Positions 13,486 through 26,799 of a stretch of DNA of 64,000 bases are shown here, in pieces. The stretch is taken from NCBI GenBank assembly GCA_951406725.2, contig OX597817.1, forward strand, positions 175,088,001 through 175,152,000. The letters are read 5' to 3'. Numbering within the stretch: the first letter of the stretch is position 1; every line of letters begins with the position of its first letter. Source of the DNA: Octopus vulgaris (Eukaryota). Below the pieces are notes generated by a model. The model was given only the letters and a program-made list of their open reading frames with translations, did not search any database and was not told the origin of the DNA. A program made the position numbers and the translations under genes.

Positions 13486-14236
13486 TTAAAGTTATAAACT
13501 CTGATGTCATTTGAAAATGTAAAATACAGAAAACTTTAGATAATTCCTTTATTTATTTATTTATTTATTTACTATTTCAAGACAACTATAAAGATGTTCA
13601 TATAGTTGTTTAAGTAAACGGTATGTCTTATGTCCCAAAGTAAAGGGTATGTCTTATGCCCCCCCCAAACAAAACAAAACAAATATTTTTCTTATGTTTG
13701 TATGTATGTGTATACATGTATATATGTGTATGAGTATGTATACATCCACACACATACACACACATGTGCAGTGTGTATTTATACATGCATGCTTGTTGTT
13801 TCTGTGTTTGGTTTTACATGTGTTTTTCCATGCTAGCATGGGTTAGGTGAATCATATTACTGAGGCGTTGTTTTACAGGTAGATGCCATCCCTGTTGCTA
13901 ACTCCTGTGTTTTTCAAGCAAGAAATTTCTTATTCCACGTGTCTTCAAAGACTCAAAACCAAGAGAAGATTTGTTGACAAAATTGATGGAGAAAATGACA
14001 ATGATTGCTTGTAACTTGGTAATTTTTGGATAAGTATGAGTATAAACAAACATGCAGACACATACATATACACACACTTACATCTATATACAATAGGCTC
14101 CTTTTAGTTTCTGCCTACTCTGGGGCTACAGCAGAAGATGTTTGTCCAGGGATGAACCATAAAACCATGTGGTTGGGAAGTGGATTTCTTTAACATGGAG
14201 TGACACTGTACTTATATATTTATATATATATATATT

Positions 14237-14378
14237 TTAATAATATATTATTATTAATATTAGAAAATCAATATCAAAACTCCTCAGAAAGATATACATG
14301 TGTGTATCTTCACATGTGTATATCTTTCTGAGGAGTTTTGATATTGATTTTCTAATATTAATAATAATATATTATTAA
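14237..14378. repeat. Perfect 62-bp inverted repeat with 18-nt spacer
   Basis: 14237-14298 is the exact reverse complement of 14317-14378; flanked by (TA)n. Confidence 0.9.
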
Positions 14379-14589
14379 TATATATATATATAGTTGCTCA
14401 TATTAAATATATAAATACTTTAATAGTATTAATACTCTGATACAATAGAGCACTCAATATAAATTCAGTATATAATATTCTCATTGAATATATTTAATTA
14501 AAGATTTATTTATTTATATATATGTGTGTATGTATGTATGCATGTATGCATGATGCATGTATGTATCAGTGAAATAGATATCAGAGGTT

Positions 14590-14836
14590 TCAGTCACTTG
14601 TCATCGCCTTTGAGAAGCCCAACATTTGAAGGGTGCTTTTTATGTGCCACCAGCATGGGTGCCAGTTAGGTGACACTGGCACCGGCTATGGCTACAGTCT
14701 GACTTGGCTTGATGAGTCTTCTCAAGCACAGCATATTACCAAATGCTTTCGTCACTTGTCATCACCTCCGTGAGGCCCCACTCAAGCTAGCATGGAAGGC
14801 GGATCTTAAATGGTGATGATGATGATGATGATGATG
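14590..14836 (+). mobile_element. SINE family C fragment with (GAT)n tail
   Basis: Ends GCTAGCATGGAAGGCGGATCTTAAATG(GAT)n, the same tail as the 29497 and 32777 copies. Confidence 0.6.
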
Positions 14837-15339
14837 AGATATATATATATGTGTGTGTGTGCATATATATATATGTGTGTGTGTGTGTGTATATATATGT
14901 GTGTGTGTGTATATATGTGTGTGTGTATATATACATATGTATATATGTATATATATTTTTTTTTTTCCAAAAGCTATCAGATATTATTATTTTCTTTTAA
15001 TGTTTAAGCATAAATAAACCTTAGGACTTGTCCAAGATTTCAGTTTTGTGATTTTCTTCTCATATGTACATATTATCTGGAGCATCACAGATGATTAACA
15101 ATAGGTATCATGAGGTTAATTTCGATAATTGGTAAATATTCTTCCATAGCTAATAATTTACATATTGTATTCAAAGTGACTCCCACAAAACATTGCTTTG
15201 CATTATTGATGCATGAATATGTATCAGTATGTTGGTCACTGGAGAAATATATTTGAATATTCTAATAATCACTCTAAATGAGTATTTGACTAGCCTTGTT
15301 TTGCTAATTAATGTGTATTTTGAAACTCAAATGAAGTTA

Positions 15340-15726
15340 CTCTCTCTTTTACTCTTTTACTTGTTTCAGTCATTTGACTGTGGCCATACTGGAGCACCAC
15401 CTTTAGTTGAACAAATCGACTCCAGGACTTATTCTTTGTAAGCCTAGTACTTATTCTATCAGTCTCTTTTGCCGAACTGCTAAGTTATGGGTATGTAAAC
15501 ACACCAGCATCGGTTGTCAAGCGATGTTGGGGGGACAAACACAGACAAACATATACATACACACATATATACGATGGGCTTCTTTCAGTTTCTATCTACT
15601 AAATCCACTCACAACGCTTTGGTCAGCCTGAGACTATAGTAGAAGACACTTGCCCAAGGTGGCATGCAGTGGGACTGAACCCCTAACTATGTGGTTGGTA
15701 AGCAAGCTACTTACCACACAGCCACA
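15340..15726 (-). mobile_element. Full-length SINE family A
   Basis: Reverse complement of the 5491 copy, including head and tail. Confidence 0.85.
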
Positions 15727-15986
15727 GAGAAAAAATATTTAAAAATGATAAAATCATAAATTTTCCTACATTGTTCTTAGCAAATGACTAGATTCATACT
15801 AGGCATAAAGAACATATATTAATTAGCTAAGCACTCAATGATTCAGTCTGATAATAGTTAAATTATAATTCTCTTTGTAAATTGAAGTTCTTGAAATTTT
15901 TAATATTCGAATCTTAACAATATATTGTTTCAAAATTCTGATTGCAGTTAGGATTCTGTTTCCATGACAATTCTCTAGTTGACAAG

Positions 15987-16019
<33 letters not shown>

Positions 16020-16274
16020 TACGAGACACATGAAGATTACTTAAATTTCTATGACAGAACTAATTACGTGTCTTGGCACTGAAATCTGCACCATTGTAGA
16101 CATTAATTTAAAGCATGAATCAGATACCTGTAATCAGTTAGTGCAAATGAGTAAGAAGTCTATCCTTATTATTATTTACATTTACCATGCAGACACACTA
16201 AATAGTTTCACCTACTGTAGTGTCTCTAATGAGCAATGAATGGTATGACAGTCTATTTTCCAAGTTACAGCATA

Positions 16275-16508
16275 TGGGGTGTTCATAAGCTACATTTTTA
16301 TAATTTTCAAAATTCAGAAAAAAGTTATAAGTAAGGATAACTCAGCAGAGTTTATTGGAAAACATAGGCAAACAAATAAAATTTGATTAGAAACATCAGA
16401 ACACTTCCACACAGTCTCCATTAGATGCAAAGAAGTTGATCGATGGGTCTCAATGTTAATAGGCACAATAAACTGTGGCAGTTGTAAAGATAATTTATGA
16501 ACACCCTG
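16275..16508. mobile_element. Tc1/mariner-type MITE
   Basis: TA|TGGGGTGTTCATAA ... TTATGAACACCCTG|TA: TIRs with TA TSD. Confidence 0.6.
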
Positions 16509-16542
16509 TATATGTTTTCACTTGTTATCATCTAGTTTTCAG

Positions 16543-16868
16543 TGAGATGTGTGGCTTGGTGGTTATAGTGTTCAGTTCATGATCGTAAGGTCACGAGTTC
16601 GATTCCTTGCAGCATGTTGTGTCCTTGAGTCAGACACTTTATTTCACATTGCTCTAATTCATTCAGCTGGCAAAAATGAGTAGTACCTGTATTTCGAAGG
16701 GCCAGCCTTGTCACATTCTATGTCATGCTGAATCTCCCTGAGAACTATGTTACGGGTACATGTGTCTGTGGAATACTCAACCACTTGCATGTTAATTTCA
16801 TGAGCAGGCTGTTCTATTGTTTGGATCAACTGGAACCCTTGTCATTGTAACTGATGGAATACCAGTAT
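16543..16868 (+). mobile_element. tRNA-derived CORE-type SINE (family D)
   Basis: TGGCTTGGTGGTTA A-box, GAGTTCGATTCC B-box and GTGTCCTTGAG...ACACTTTATTTCAC CORE-like segment; related to the 30620 copy. Confidence 0.7.
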
Positions 16869-17142
16869 CTTCTAGTTTTTAAATAATGGTTATTCCTTAA
16901 ATGATCAAGATATTATAGTAACTGTTTATAACTCTGCAAAGATGAACATTCTAAATACATTTGGGATGAGGGGGTAGTTCTACTGTTTCTTTTGTTCTAT
17001 ATTTTATCTAATCATTTTTCTTCTAAATTTTGGTATTTGTTCCCTTAACAGCAACAAGAATAACTGTTGTCACTGCATTATTGCAATTATTAAATTAAGC
17101 ATTCCTGGAAATACTTAATTTTAGGAAGTAGAAATAGATATA

Positions 17143-17297
17143 TAAGTGCAGACATGGTTGGGTTGTTAAAATGCTTGCTTCGCCATCACGTGGTTTCAGA
17201 TTCAGTCCCACTGTGCAACACCATGGTCAAGTGTTTTCTACAATAGATCTGGACTGACCGATGCTTTGTCAGTGAATTTTTCTGATGGAAATCATCA

Positions 17298-17352
<55 letters not shown>

Positions 17353-17800
17353 ATAAAGTACATTAATTACATGAAATACAAAAAAATGTATCTATGTATA
17401 TACAGACTTATGCAGAATAGAAATGATATAAAGAATTAAAGGGGACGAGAAGCATTATTACATATCCAACAGCTGTTTCTAGGGGCTCAGTAGTTCAAAA
17501 TAATGTTTGTAGATTGATTCTGTCATGGGATGAGATGAGCCTCCATCTTCAGGGAAAAAGATCTTACATTTGAGGTGTTAAAGGAAAGAAGTTCAAAGAT
17601 GGAGTGTGTGTTTATGTTTCCTCTCCAAACTACTTGATAGCCAGTGTTGGTTTGTTTATATCCTTATCAATTAGCTGTTTAATAGAACAAACAAATAGAA
17701 TGAGTACTGGGTTCAATTCATTCAACTAAAACTTGCAGGGTAGTGCTCCAGCATGGCTTCAGTCCAATGCCTGGAATAAGTAAATGATAAAATATAAAGA
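17143..17800 (+). mobile_element. SINE family A split by a ~250-bp insert in its internal microsatellite
   Basis: Head at 17143-17300, tail at ~17600-17800, unrelated insert between. Confidence 0.65.
17462..17558 (-). ncRNA. Penelope-type minimal type-I hammerhead ribozyme-like motif
   Basis: Minus strand: UCC-CUGAAGA-[UGGAGGCUCA...UGAGCCCCUA stem II]-GAAAC-AGCU-GUU-GGA. It has the intact core and a palindromic short stem III. Confidence 0.5.
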
Positions 17801-17977
17801 TATAAAACATTTTTTAAATGTTATGATTTGAAATGCATAATTATATTTTCTCTTTAATTGATTTATATTGAAGGTCATTTAAAAAAGTGATAGAGCTCGT
17901 TAATTAAAAGAAAACTTCCAATGCAAACAAGCTGAAAATATAAAAAAAAAACAGCAACTAGAAAATTATCTAACGAA

Positions 17978-18198
17978 CCCCTTAGCATTCAAATTACTTT
18001 GTCAAATGTTATGCTTATTTATTCATATTGTTTTGAATTAATTATGCATTATCTTGTAGTTTTAAGATTTTAATTAAGTGATAGTTTATTTTTAGAATGT
18101 TATTGTAGGGTATGTGCGAAAGGCCAGATCTGCCTGGTCTGAACATAAAACAGGTACGATATTTGGGCCGGATATGGCCAGTTTTAAATGCTAAAGGG
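17978..18198. mobile_element. piggyBac-like MITE (pB-A)
   Basis: CCCCTTAGCATT...AATGCTAAAGGG|TTAA. Confidence 0.75.
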
Positions 18199-19297
18199 TT
18201 AAACTATAAATAGACTTGATTCTGCTTATTTATTCAATGTATTCTAGGAGTCTTTTTTTTCTCTCTTTGTGTTATGGAAATTAAAATGATTCTGATATTT
18301 TTATTATCTATTAGATATGCATCATCATGTATGAGAGTATCATCATTATTATTCTATGTCTTATTTTCCATGCTGGCATGGGTTGGATGGATTTTATTAT
18401 TTGTTGGAGTGGGTTTCATTTGGTGCACGTAGCAAGAGTTGTGTGCATTGGGTGTTTTTTATTGTACCAGCAGCACTGGAGAACTTGTCTCATGTGGGAC
18501 AATTAACCATCTCTCTACTCTATGTCAGTTTTTCTTTAGTGTCACTGCCCTCCTAGACCAGTGCCCTGTGATGTGGTTTGCAGAGCCCACATAATCCTCT
18601 TTGCTTTTGACAGGGTTTCTGCAACTAAATGACCTTCCTGTCACCAATAACTTTACAACAGTGATCCTGCATCATGAACCAGTTTCATACATGACAATTA
18701 TTCCACAGGCCAGGATTTCATGCTGTGTACATAACAAAACGCAAAGTGTATCATATGTAATTTAATTATTACACGCACACACGCACACACACACACACAC
18801 ACACACACTCATACAAGCATGTGTATGGGTATGTATGTCTTTATGTTTGTCCTTATATCTCTTGGCAACCGGTGCTGGTTAATTTTTTATTTGTGTTCCT
18901 GTAATCTAGAGGACTGACAAAAATGACTGATAGACTGAGTACCAGACACTCAAAAGGAACAAGTACTGGCTTTGATTTGTTTGACTAAAAAACCCTTCAA
19001 GGTGCCCCAGCATGGCCACCTTCCATTACTATATATAAACCATTTTATGCTATATGTAATATATTTATGATGATGATAATGATATATATATATGTGTGTG
19101 TGTATATTTACATACACGCACATATACTTACATATATATATATATATACATATATATATGTACATACACACACACACACACCACACACACACACATTATA
19201 GGACAAAGTAATGCACAAATAAGTTGGAGAAAAGAAAGTATTCAATATGAAATGTAGGGCTTTATCATTTTTTTGATGAGGTAACATTACCTATAGC

Positions 19298-20370
19298 AAT
19301 AATAATAATAATAATAATAATAATGATTTCTTTTATTGGCCACAAGGGCCCAAGACATGGAGGACAATGCTGAAGGATGAGTTACAGCACAAATAAATTA
19401 CAAAAACATGTGGGGTTAACATCAATCAAGAGGAGATACAATCACATTAAAGGATATAACAGAGGATATATAATAGAAACTAGAGAAATAAATGATAAAT
19501 ATATAGATAGAATCCCCAATAGCAGGGCAGTCCACTTAGGGTAATCTGGGGTCAAAACCGCACAAAAATCCTGGATTACTTTGCCATCTCCAAGGCATGG
19601 GAAGGTGCCCCCTTCCAGTTTCTTTCCCCCTGCTTAGAAAAGCATATTCAGATAGTTCCATTGAGTCTCACCAGTCTTGCCACTGTCAACCCCCTTCTGA
19701 TAAACACACTAGAAGGCAGTACTTTCCTCTCTACTCTCACCTTCCTCTGCAAATGATATTTTAAGAAATTGATGAGGGCTCAACCAGGCAAGAATGTGCC
19801 TGTCTTCAAACCTTTCAGATGGGTCCACCACACGGCCACTAAGCAGAGAAAGATCTGCCTTCCTTCTCTGCTAAGGGAAAGTAGTGTGTCGATCTTCACT
19901 ATATACTCGGTAAACAGCTGAATTCGTCTTACATGCAACAACAGCTGCTCCATACAATTCCACAACTCTAATGCACGGACACTGAATTATTGCATGCAAG
20001 ACAGTTTCATCCCCTTGCAAGCATCTCAGGTAGGTTTGGCTGTTGACACTTCCAAGCCTGAAAATCTTGTCTTGAATGGGCAATACCCCTATGTAGCACT
20101 GCCAAGCCAAAGACTTTTATAAGTGTCCATGATCCTTGACCTGAGAGTCCTCTGGAAGAGACTACTCAGACTGTCCTTGTTGTTGCCTAGATTCAATCCT
20201 AGGCCATCATCATCACTCATACCCTCAACCGGCCTCCTATAGAAATCTTGGGTTGTTTTCCTGCTAACGGTTTTGGGCAGCTGGTACAATGCAGTGAGCG
20301 CCTGGCAACACTCTAGATGCCAAGCGCCCAACCTTGGTCTATGTTTGACACATGACTGCAGCTCTGTCAA
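19298..20370 (-). mobile_element. 5'-truncated L1/Tx1-clade LINE (ORF2 C-terminal zinc-knuckle region plus 3' UTR), frameshifted
   Basis: Minus ORF 'AWQCYIGVLPIQDKIFRLG...YLRCLQGDETVLHAIIQCP' fits the zf-RVT pattern of L1/Tx1 ORF2; 3' end AATAAAAGAAATC(ATT)n. Confidence 0.7.
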
Positions 20371-20420
20371 TGAAAGATGTGTCGCATGAAAGATGTGTCG
20401 CATGAAAGATGCCCACACCC

Positions 20421-21240
20421 ATAATAACAATGGTAATAATGAAAATAACCGTTTCTACTAATTTTGGGTGAGTTGGATAGTCGATTATATTGACCCCAGT
20501 ATTTGACTGGTACCTCTTTCATTGACCCCAAAAGGATGAAAGGCAAAGTCAATCTTGGCGGAATTTGAACTCAGAATGTGAACCCATGAAATGCCACTAA
20601 TCATTTTGCTAATGACTCTGCCAGTTCACTGCCTTAATAGTAGTAGTAGTAGTAGTAATGATGGTTTCAGATTTTGGCACAAGGCCAGTAAGTTCAGGGG
20701 GGTGGGTGATAATCGATTATATTGACCCCAGTACTTGATTGGTACTTATATTATCAACCCTAAAAAGACAAAAGGCAAAGTCAACCTCAGTAGAATTTGA
20801 ACTTAGAACGTAAAGATGGACATGACGTTGCTAAGCATTTTGCCTGGTGTGCTAACAATTCTGCCAGCCTGCACCCTAGTAGTAGTAGTAGTAGTAGTCC
20901 TTTCTACTAAAAGCACAAGACCTGAAACTTTGGGGGAGGGGAACAGTTGGTTACATCGACCCCAGTACTCTACTGGTACTTATTTTACCAACCCTGAAAG
21001 GATGAAAGGCAGTCAACCTAGGCAGAATTTGAACTCAGAACATAAAGTATGGATAAGATGTTGCTGAGTAATTTGCCTGGTGTGCTAACGGTTCTGCCAG
21101 CTCGCTGCCTTCTTAATAATGATAATAATAATAATAATAATAATAATAGTTTCTGATTTAGGTGTAAGTCAAGCAATTTTGGTGTGATAGGGTTAGTCAA
21201 TAGAACCAACTCCAATGTTTGACTGTTACTTTATTTCATC
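20421..21240 (-). mobile_element. Head-to-tail stack of four SINE family B (MetaSINE-like) copies
   Basis: Copies at ~20443-20635, ~20657-20877, ~20897-21111 and a fragment at ~21148-21240. The longer copies carry GACTTTGCCTTTCATCC-like cores, and copies are separated by (TAA)n/(TAG)n. Confidence 0.8.
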
Positions 21241-21489
21241 ATAATTATTAAGAAAATTAAGGATGTTGAAATTAAAATAAATAGGGTATGGGACATGATG
21301 ACAGTAAAAAAAAAAAAAGTACCGGTAATAATTGAATGATTGGGTATGATAAATAAATATGAACAGAAACAAAAGTCAAGCCAGTGTTTGCAAGGTTATA
21401 CTTGCACACAGCCCCCCCCCCCCCCAGAAACACACCCTGCTAAACACACCCACATCCTGCATTAGGTACTTACGATTCAATGACAGAAC

Positions 21490-21860
21490 ACTTTCTGCAC
21501 ACAACACATACCTTGTACACTAACCACCCAATAATGTAGCAGTACATGCAACGCATACTGTTAAGAATCGACACCAAGTAATGTAACACAGCACATACTG
21601 TACGCAATCAATACCCAATAAAACATCCTAATACATACTCTTACCTAATCAATACCCGAAACTATAACACCAACAAATCATATAATTCACATTCTACGCA
21701 ATTACCACCCAATAAATATGATAACACACCTACGCTGCACATAGCCTACACGATCAACACCCAGCGCTTAAAACACACAACGCCAATCACACAGTGTTAT
21801 ACGACAACGCAGACACCACCCAGCAGAATAATACAACCCACATTGCACATACGCTGCACA
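21490..21860. repeat. Degenerate C/A-rich minisatellite
   Basis: Recurrent CACATACTGTACGCAATCAATACCCAATAA-like units at ~40-55 bp spacing. Confidence 0.5.
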
Positions 21861-22308
21861 ACAGACGGAACATTAAAAAAATGATGTCAGGAGGAGAAAC
21901 AGAAAGAACGAGAAACCAAAACAAATCGTCATGGAAATGCAAAAACCGACGTAGTTTACAAACATTGTTCTACAGCCTACAAAGCAACACCACACACACA
22001 CACACATGCACATATGCACACAGACACATACACACATATGCACATAAGAACAATGCGATGCCCCTGGTGGTGCAACAGGGACCTGCATAAAACTGTTTCA
22101 AACATAATAATAATAATAATAATAATAATAATAGTAATAAAAAATAATAAGAGGAATGTTCATTCAAAAAAATGTAAATTAAAAAATCTGTATAATTTGT
22201 ACATGGATTGGATAAACATTTCCTTTTAATGAGGTGTAGAACTGGAAAAAAATTATCTATTTATCTATCTTTCTATACATATAATTTTTCAAATTTTGGT
22301 CTTTTGGT

Positions 22309-22353
<45 letters not shown>

Positions 22354-22603
22354 TGCATTCTTTTATTCTTTTATTTCAGTCATTAGACTGGCCATTCTGG
22401 GGTATCACCTTGAAGATGAACAAATTACCCTCGGTACTTGCCATTTTTACAGTTATACATATACACCCATAATTCTTCATTTGTATATAATAATAATAAT
22501 AATTGTGTACAGTGCTCAGGTGCACTACAACTCATCTAAAGTGTATATATAATCAGGTGTAGTTTCGACGGATATATGTGTGTATATATATATATATATG
22601 TGT

Positions 22604-22671
<68 letters not shown>

Positions 22672-23354
22672 GTATATGCATGCGTGTGGGGAATATATAT
22701 ATATATATAAGTTGGCAATTATATTATATTTGAGTTTCTCTTATGATATAATTACTTAGGTCTTAAAGCAGCTTATGTGCTTATATCTATATGCCTGTGC
22801 AGGATATATATATATATCTAAATATATATATAGAGATATATTGATGATGATGATGATGAAGCGTTATACAAACTTTTAGTTGGGTGGCTAGAATCAGCAG
22901 TTTTGATGATCTGCATTTTATTAAAGTTTACTATTAATTTAACATTTGCTTTTAGCTAATTAATTAATTGCCTTTTCCAGTAGATTCGTTGATGATCATC
23001 AGGTGGAAACTGCTCAAGTAAAACTAAAAACTCGGCATCATAATTAGTTTTTTTTCAATCATTGTTAGTTTTAACATTGATTATTGTAATTAGCCATTTC
23101 TATACCAACTCATCTGAGACCTTTCTGGTCTTGTTTTCTAGTCCATGATTAAATGAACCCCTACCCTAATTCTTTGTAGGGCACCCTTTGAACAAGACAA
23201 CCCCAGTACTTATTTTTTTCTTTTTTCAGTCTGGTTCTTATTCTATCAGTTTCTCTTGCTGAACAGCTAAGTTAGCATACATTAACAAACCAACACCAGT
23301 TGTGTGGGAGACAACAACAAATATATACACACAAATACTTACGTATGTAATGTA

Positions 23355-23590
23355 TGTTTTTCATGCTAGCATGGGTTGGACGATTCGACCGGGGTCTGGG
23401 AAGCCAGGAGGCTGCACCAGGCTCCAGTCTGATCTGGCAGAGTTTCTACAGCTGGATGCCCTTCCTAACGCCAACCACTCCATGAGTGTAGTGGGTGCTT
23501 TTTACGTGCCACTGGCACAGGTGCCAGGGGAGGCTGCCAACAGCCACGATCGGTTGGTGCTTTTTACGTGCCACCAGCATGAAAGCCACA
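23355..23590 (-). mobile_element. SINE family C (GC-rich, internal tandem units)
   Basis: High identity to 29497-29825 and 32777-33092. Confidence 0.8.
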
Positions 23591-24354
23591 CAGTTTCTGC
23601 CACCAAATTTGATTGCAAAGCACCGGTTGCCACAGTTCAATAGTAGATGACACTTATCCAAGGTGGTACTCAGTGGGGCTGAAGTTAATAATTTTACCAA
23701 AATTCCCTCCAAATTCTTGTCAGATTAAATAAAAAATTATTGAAATACAGTGTGTTTTTCATAAGAAATATGGTTACAGAAGTTTGAAAACATATCATCT
23801 GTGTACTTAGTTCAATAGAAAATGCCAGAAACAATCTAACTCCTGACTAAACTTTTCCCGTGTTTCCTGCAACAGAATCGATAAGAAATTTTATCATCTC
23901 TACCAAAATGAAAGACAGAAATAAAATGAAATACAAATAAATATATAAAATAAAAAATAAATAAATTAAACAAAAAATCCTGTGTAAATGTGTATCTTTG
24001 AGAACTGATTCTTCTAACTTGCTTCTCCGAGTCCCTCTCTTGTGTGCATTACATCATGATAGAAAGATGATATCATATTTGATGGTATATAAGATACCCC
24101 CTGAGAAAAGTGACTCAAAAAATCCTCCCCTGGTCCTTTATGTGAAGTTAGGCCTCTTGGCCTCTTGTAGGCTGATTTTGCCCCTGACATGACTTTGAAA
24201 ATGCATTGTTAAAATTGAGATGCATATATTATGCCTGTACATCTTTTATAACATCAAACGCAGTAAATAGCCTCTACATGTATTGAGTACTTTATTCCCC
24301 ACCTTGTGCACCCAAACATAACATCAAATATCTGTTTGGCTGTCTGCTTGTCCA

Positions 24355-24416
<62 letters not shown>

Positions 24417-25020
24417 AATCAATCAATGTCTCCCCCCCTCTCTCTTTCTATATTTATATTTCTGTATCTCTCTCTTTATATATATTGGGAAAATACATTG
24501 TAAAATAAATCTACATTTTTATTAATATATTTCATTGCTAATGTTACTCACTTTACAAAATCTGTTGCGTATATTTAATTCAGAGAAAGAACAATTAGGT
24601 CCTTGATATATCTAATTTGTTCTTAAAACTGACCATTACTTACAAACTGCTAGAAAATTTGGCAAATTGATAATGGAAAAATCTGTAAGCTGCGAAAACT
24701 TTACATCGCAATTTGTTCCAACTTAATTTTCCTTACTTTTTAGGGTCTTTTCCTCCTAATCCCTTGTGTTAAATGGAGAATTGCAATAAGATGATTATCT
24801 ACGAAAGTGTACATATATTATGGTTGTATATATGTTTATGTATAGGTGTGTGTATATGTGTGTTCTGATTATTTCTTGATAAATGACTTCAGTATAAGAA
24901 ATAAGATGAAATTGTTTCAATAATTAATATTTAGGCAATGCCATCACTGGACTTATCTTGTGTTATGACAATTTTCCCTTTTTTTGATGTGCAGTTTATG
25001 AGGGCAGCTTATTTGCCTTT

Positions 25021-25069
<49 letters not shown>

Positions 25070-25135
25070 TACATACATTTCAACAAAATGGAAAAAATAT
25101 CTGAATATGAACTATATTCTAATTATTCCTTCTTT

Positions 25136-25187
<52 letters not shown>

Positions 25188-26799
25188 ATTTATTTATGTA
25201 TGTATGTATTTGTATGTATTGGTGCTGCTGTCGGTGTCTCCTTGTCTTGACATTGTGTGGTCATCATAGAAGTGGCATTGTGCATTTCCTATCTTCCACA
25301 AAAAGCTGTATGGCTATGGGTTAAAATATACCTTACTAGAAACACTGGAGTGTTGGTAGCTGAAAGAGCATCCAACTCTAGAAAATCTACCTCTGAATTC
25401 CCTCTGACCCATGGAAACATGAAAAAGTAGATGTGAAAACAACAACAACAATAATAATAATGATGATGATGATATATATGTATAGATATGAAGTACTGAA
25501 TGTAAATAGTTTATAAGTCTTATAATTAGTTATCAGGCAATTGCATTTTAAAATTTGCTCCTTAATTGTAGGAAGAAAAGGTTTGTTTCTCTTGCAAAAT
25601 CTCCCTTCTAAATTGTCATAGATAACCATAACATTGTTAGTTCTTTTGAAGGTTCTGACATGCACGCAATAATAAATTCACATTTTTTAGAGAAGTTACT
25701 TTGCATTGAGAGATCATTACAATAATATTATGTTAATAGATTAATAGTTATAATATTATTATTATTATTATTATAGTTATAATAATATTTCTAAAATATG
25801 ACTCCTGTCATTGATTGACAACTTTTGGCGTTGGTAGTGGTTGTTATTTAGCCCCTCCCCCTAACTGAGCAAACCTATAATCAAAAGTGTTCCAGACATG
25901 ACTATCCCATCTTTTTACTTGGTATTGAATATATCTTTCACTGTACTTCTTTTGTTTTTCTTTTTCTTAAGACAGTAGGATGTAATTTGAGAGATGTTGA
26001 CTGCTATTTCTAACTGGTCAAGGTATCCTGTAGCATTTCATTCTTAGTGTGTCTGTGTGTGGAGGGAGTTTTTCTTTTTTATTGGTTTATCTGGGGAGTG
26101 GGAAGAGCTGTTTTCATAGGTCTTATTTTTGTGTAAAGGTTAAGGGTTCTTCAACTAGGTAGACAGATAGATAAAGGTAACTTGAAGGGATTAATGCAGC
26201 TAATGTTTGAATTTCAGCTGTTTGAAATTATTGGGTGAAAAGCAAAGTGTTCGCAGAAAGGAAGCTCCTGGAAGGTGAGGTTATAAGACAGAAGGGTTGG
26301 ATGAGACTTGAAATATTAGGTCCGGCAGTTGAGAAAATCTTGGGTATCTGTTACTAATTATTATTCTAATTATGAATTCACAATTTTATTTCCGAGTGAT
26401 GATGATGATGTTTAAATGTTATTGTATTGATTTCCTTTTTTATTTTAATTTTAGAGAGGAGTTTCGCATGATTAAAGAAATATATTTGTGTTTACCTTTG
26501 ATAAAAGAAAAGAATGGAGAGAGAGAAAGAAAGAGAGAGAGAAAGAGGGGGAGAAATAGAGAGAGAGAGAGGGGGAGAAATAGAGAGAGAGAGAGAGAGA
26601 AAATGACCATTCTGTTCAAGTAGACAGTAAATTGTTAGTCTGAAAATTTTGTTGAGTCATGCTATATATCCAGAACTTTGTTATTGCTTTTGAAAAAGAA
26701 AAAAAAATGCACTGAGTATTGCAGCATTAGTCCTTGTTTCCAGAACTGCATAGAAAATGAGTTGATCAATAAATATATGACGATGATGACGATGGTGAT

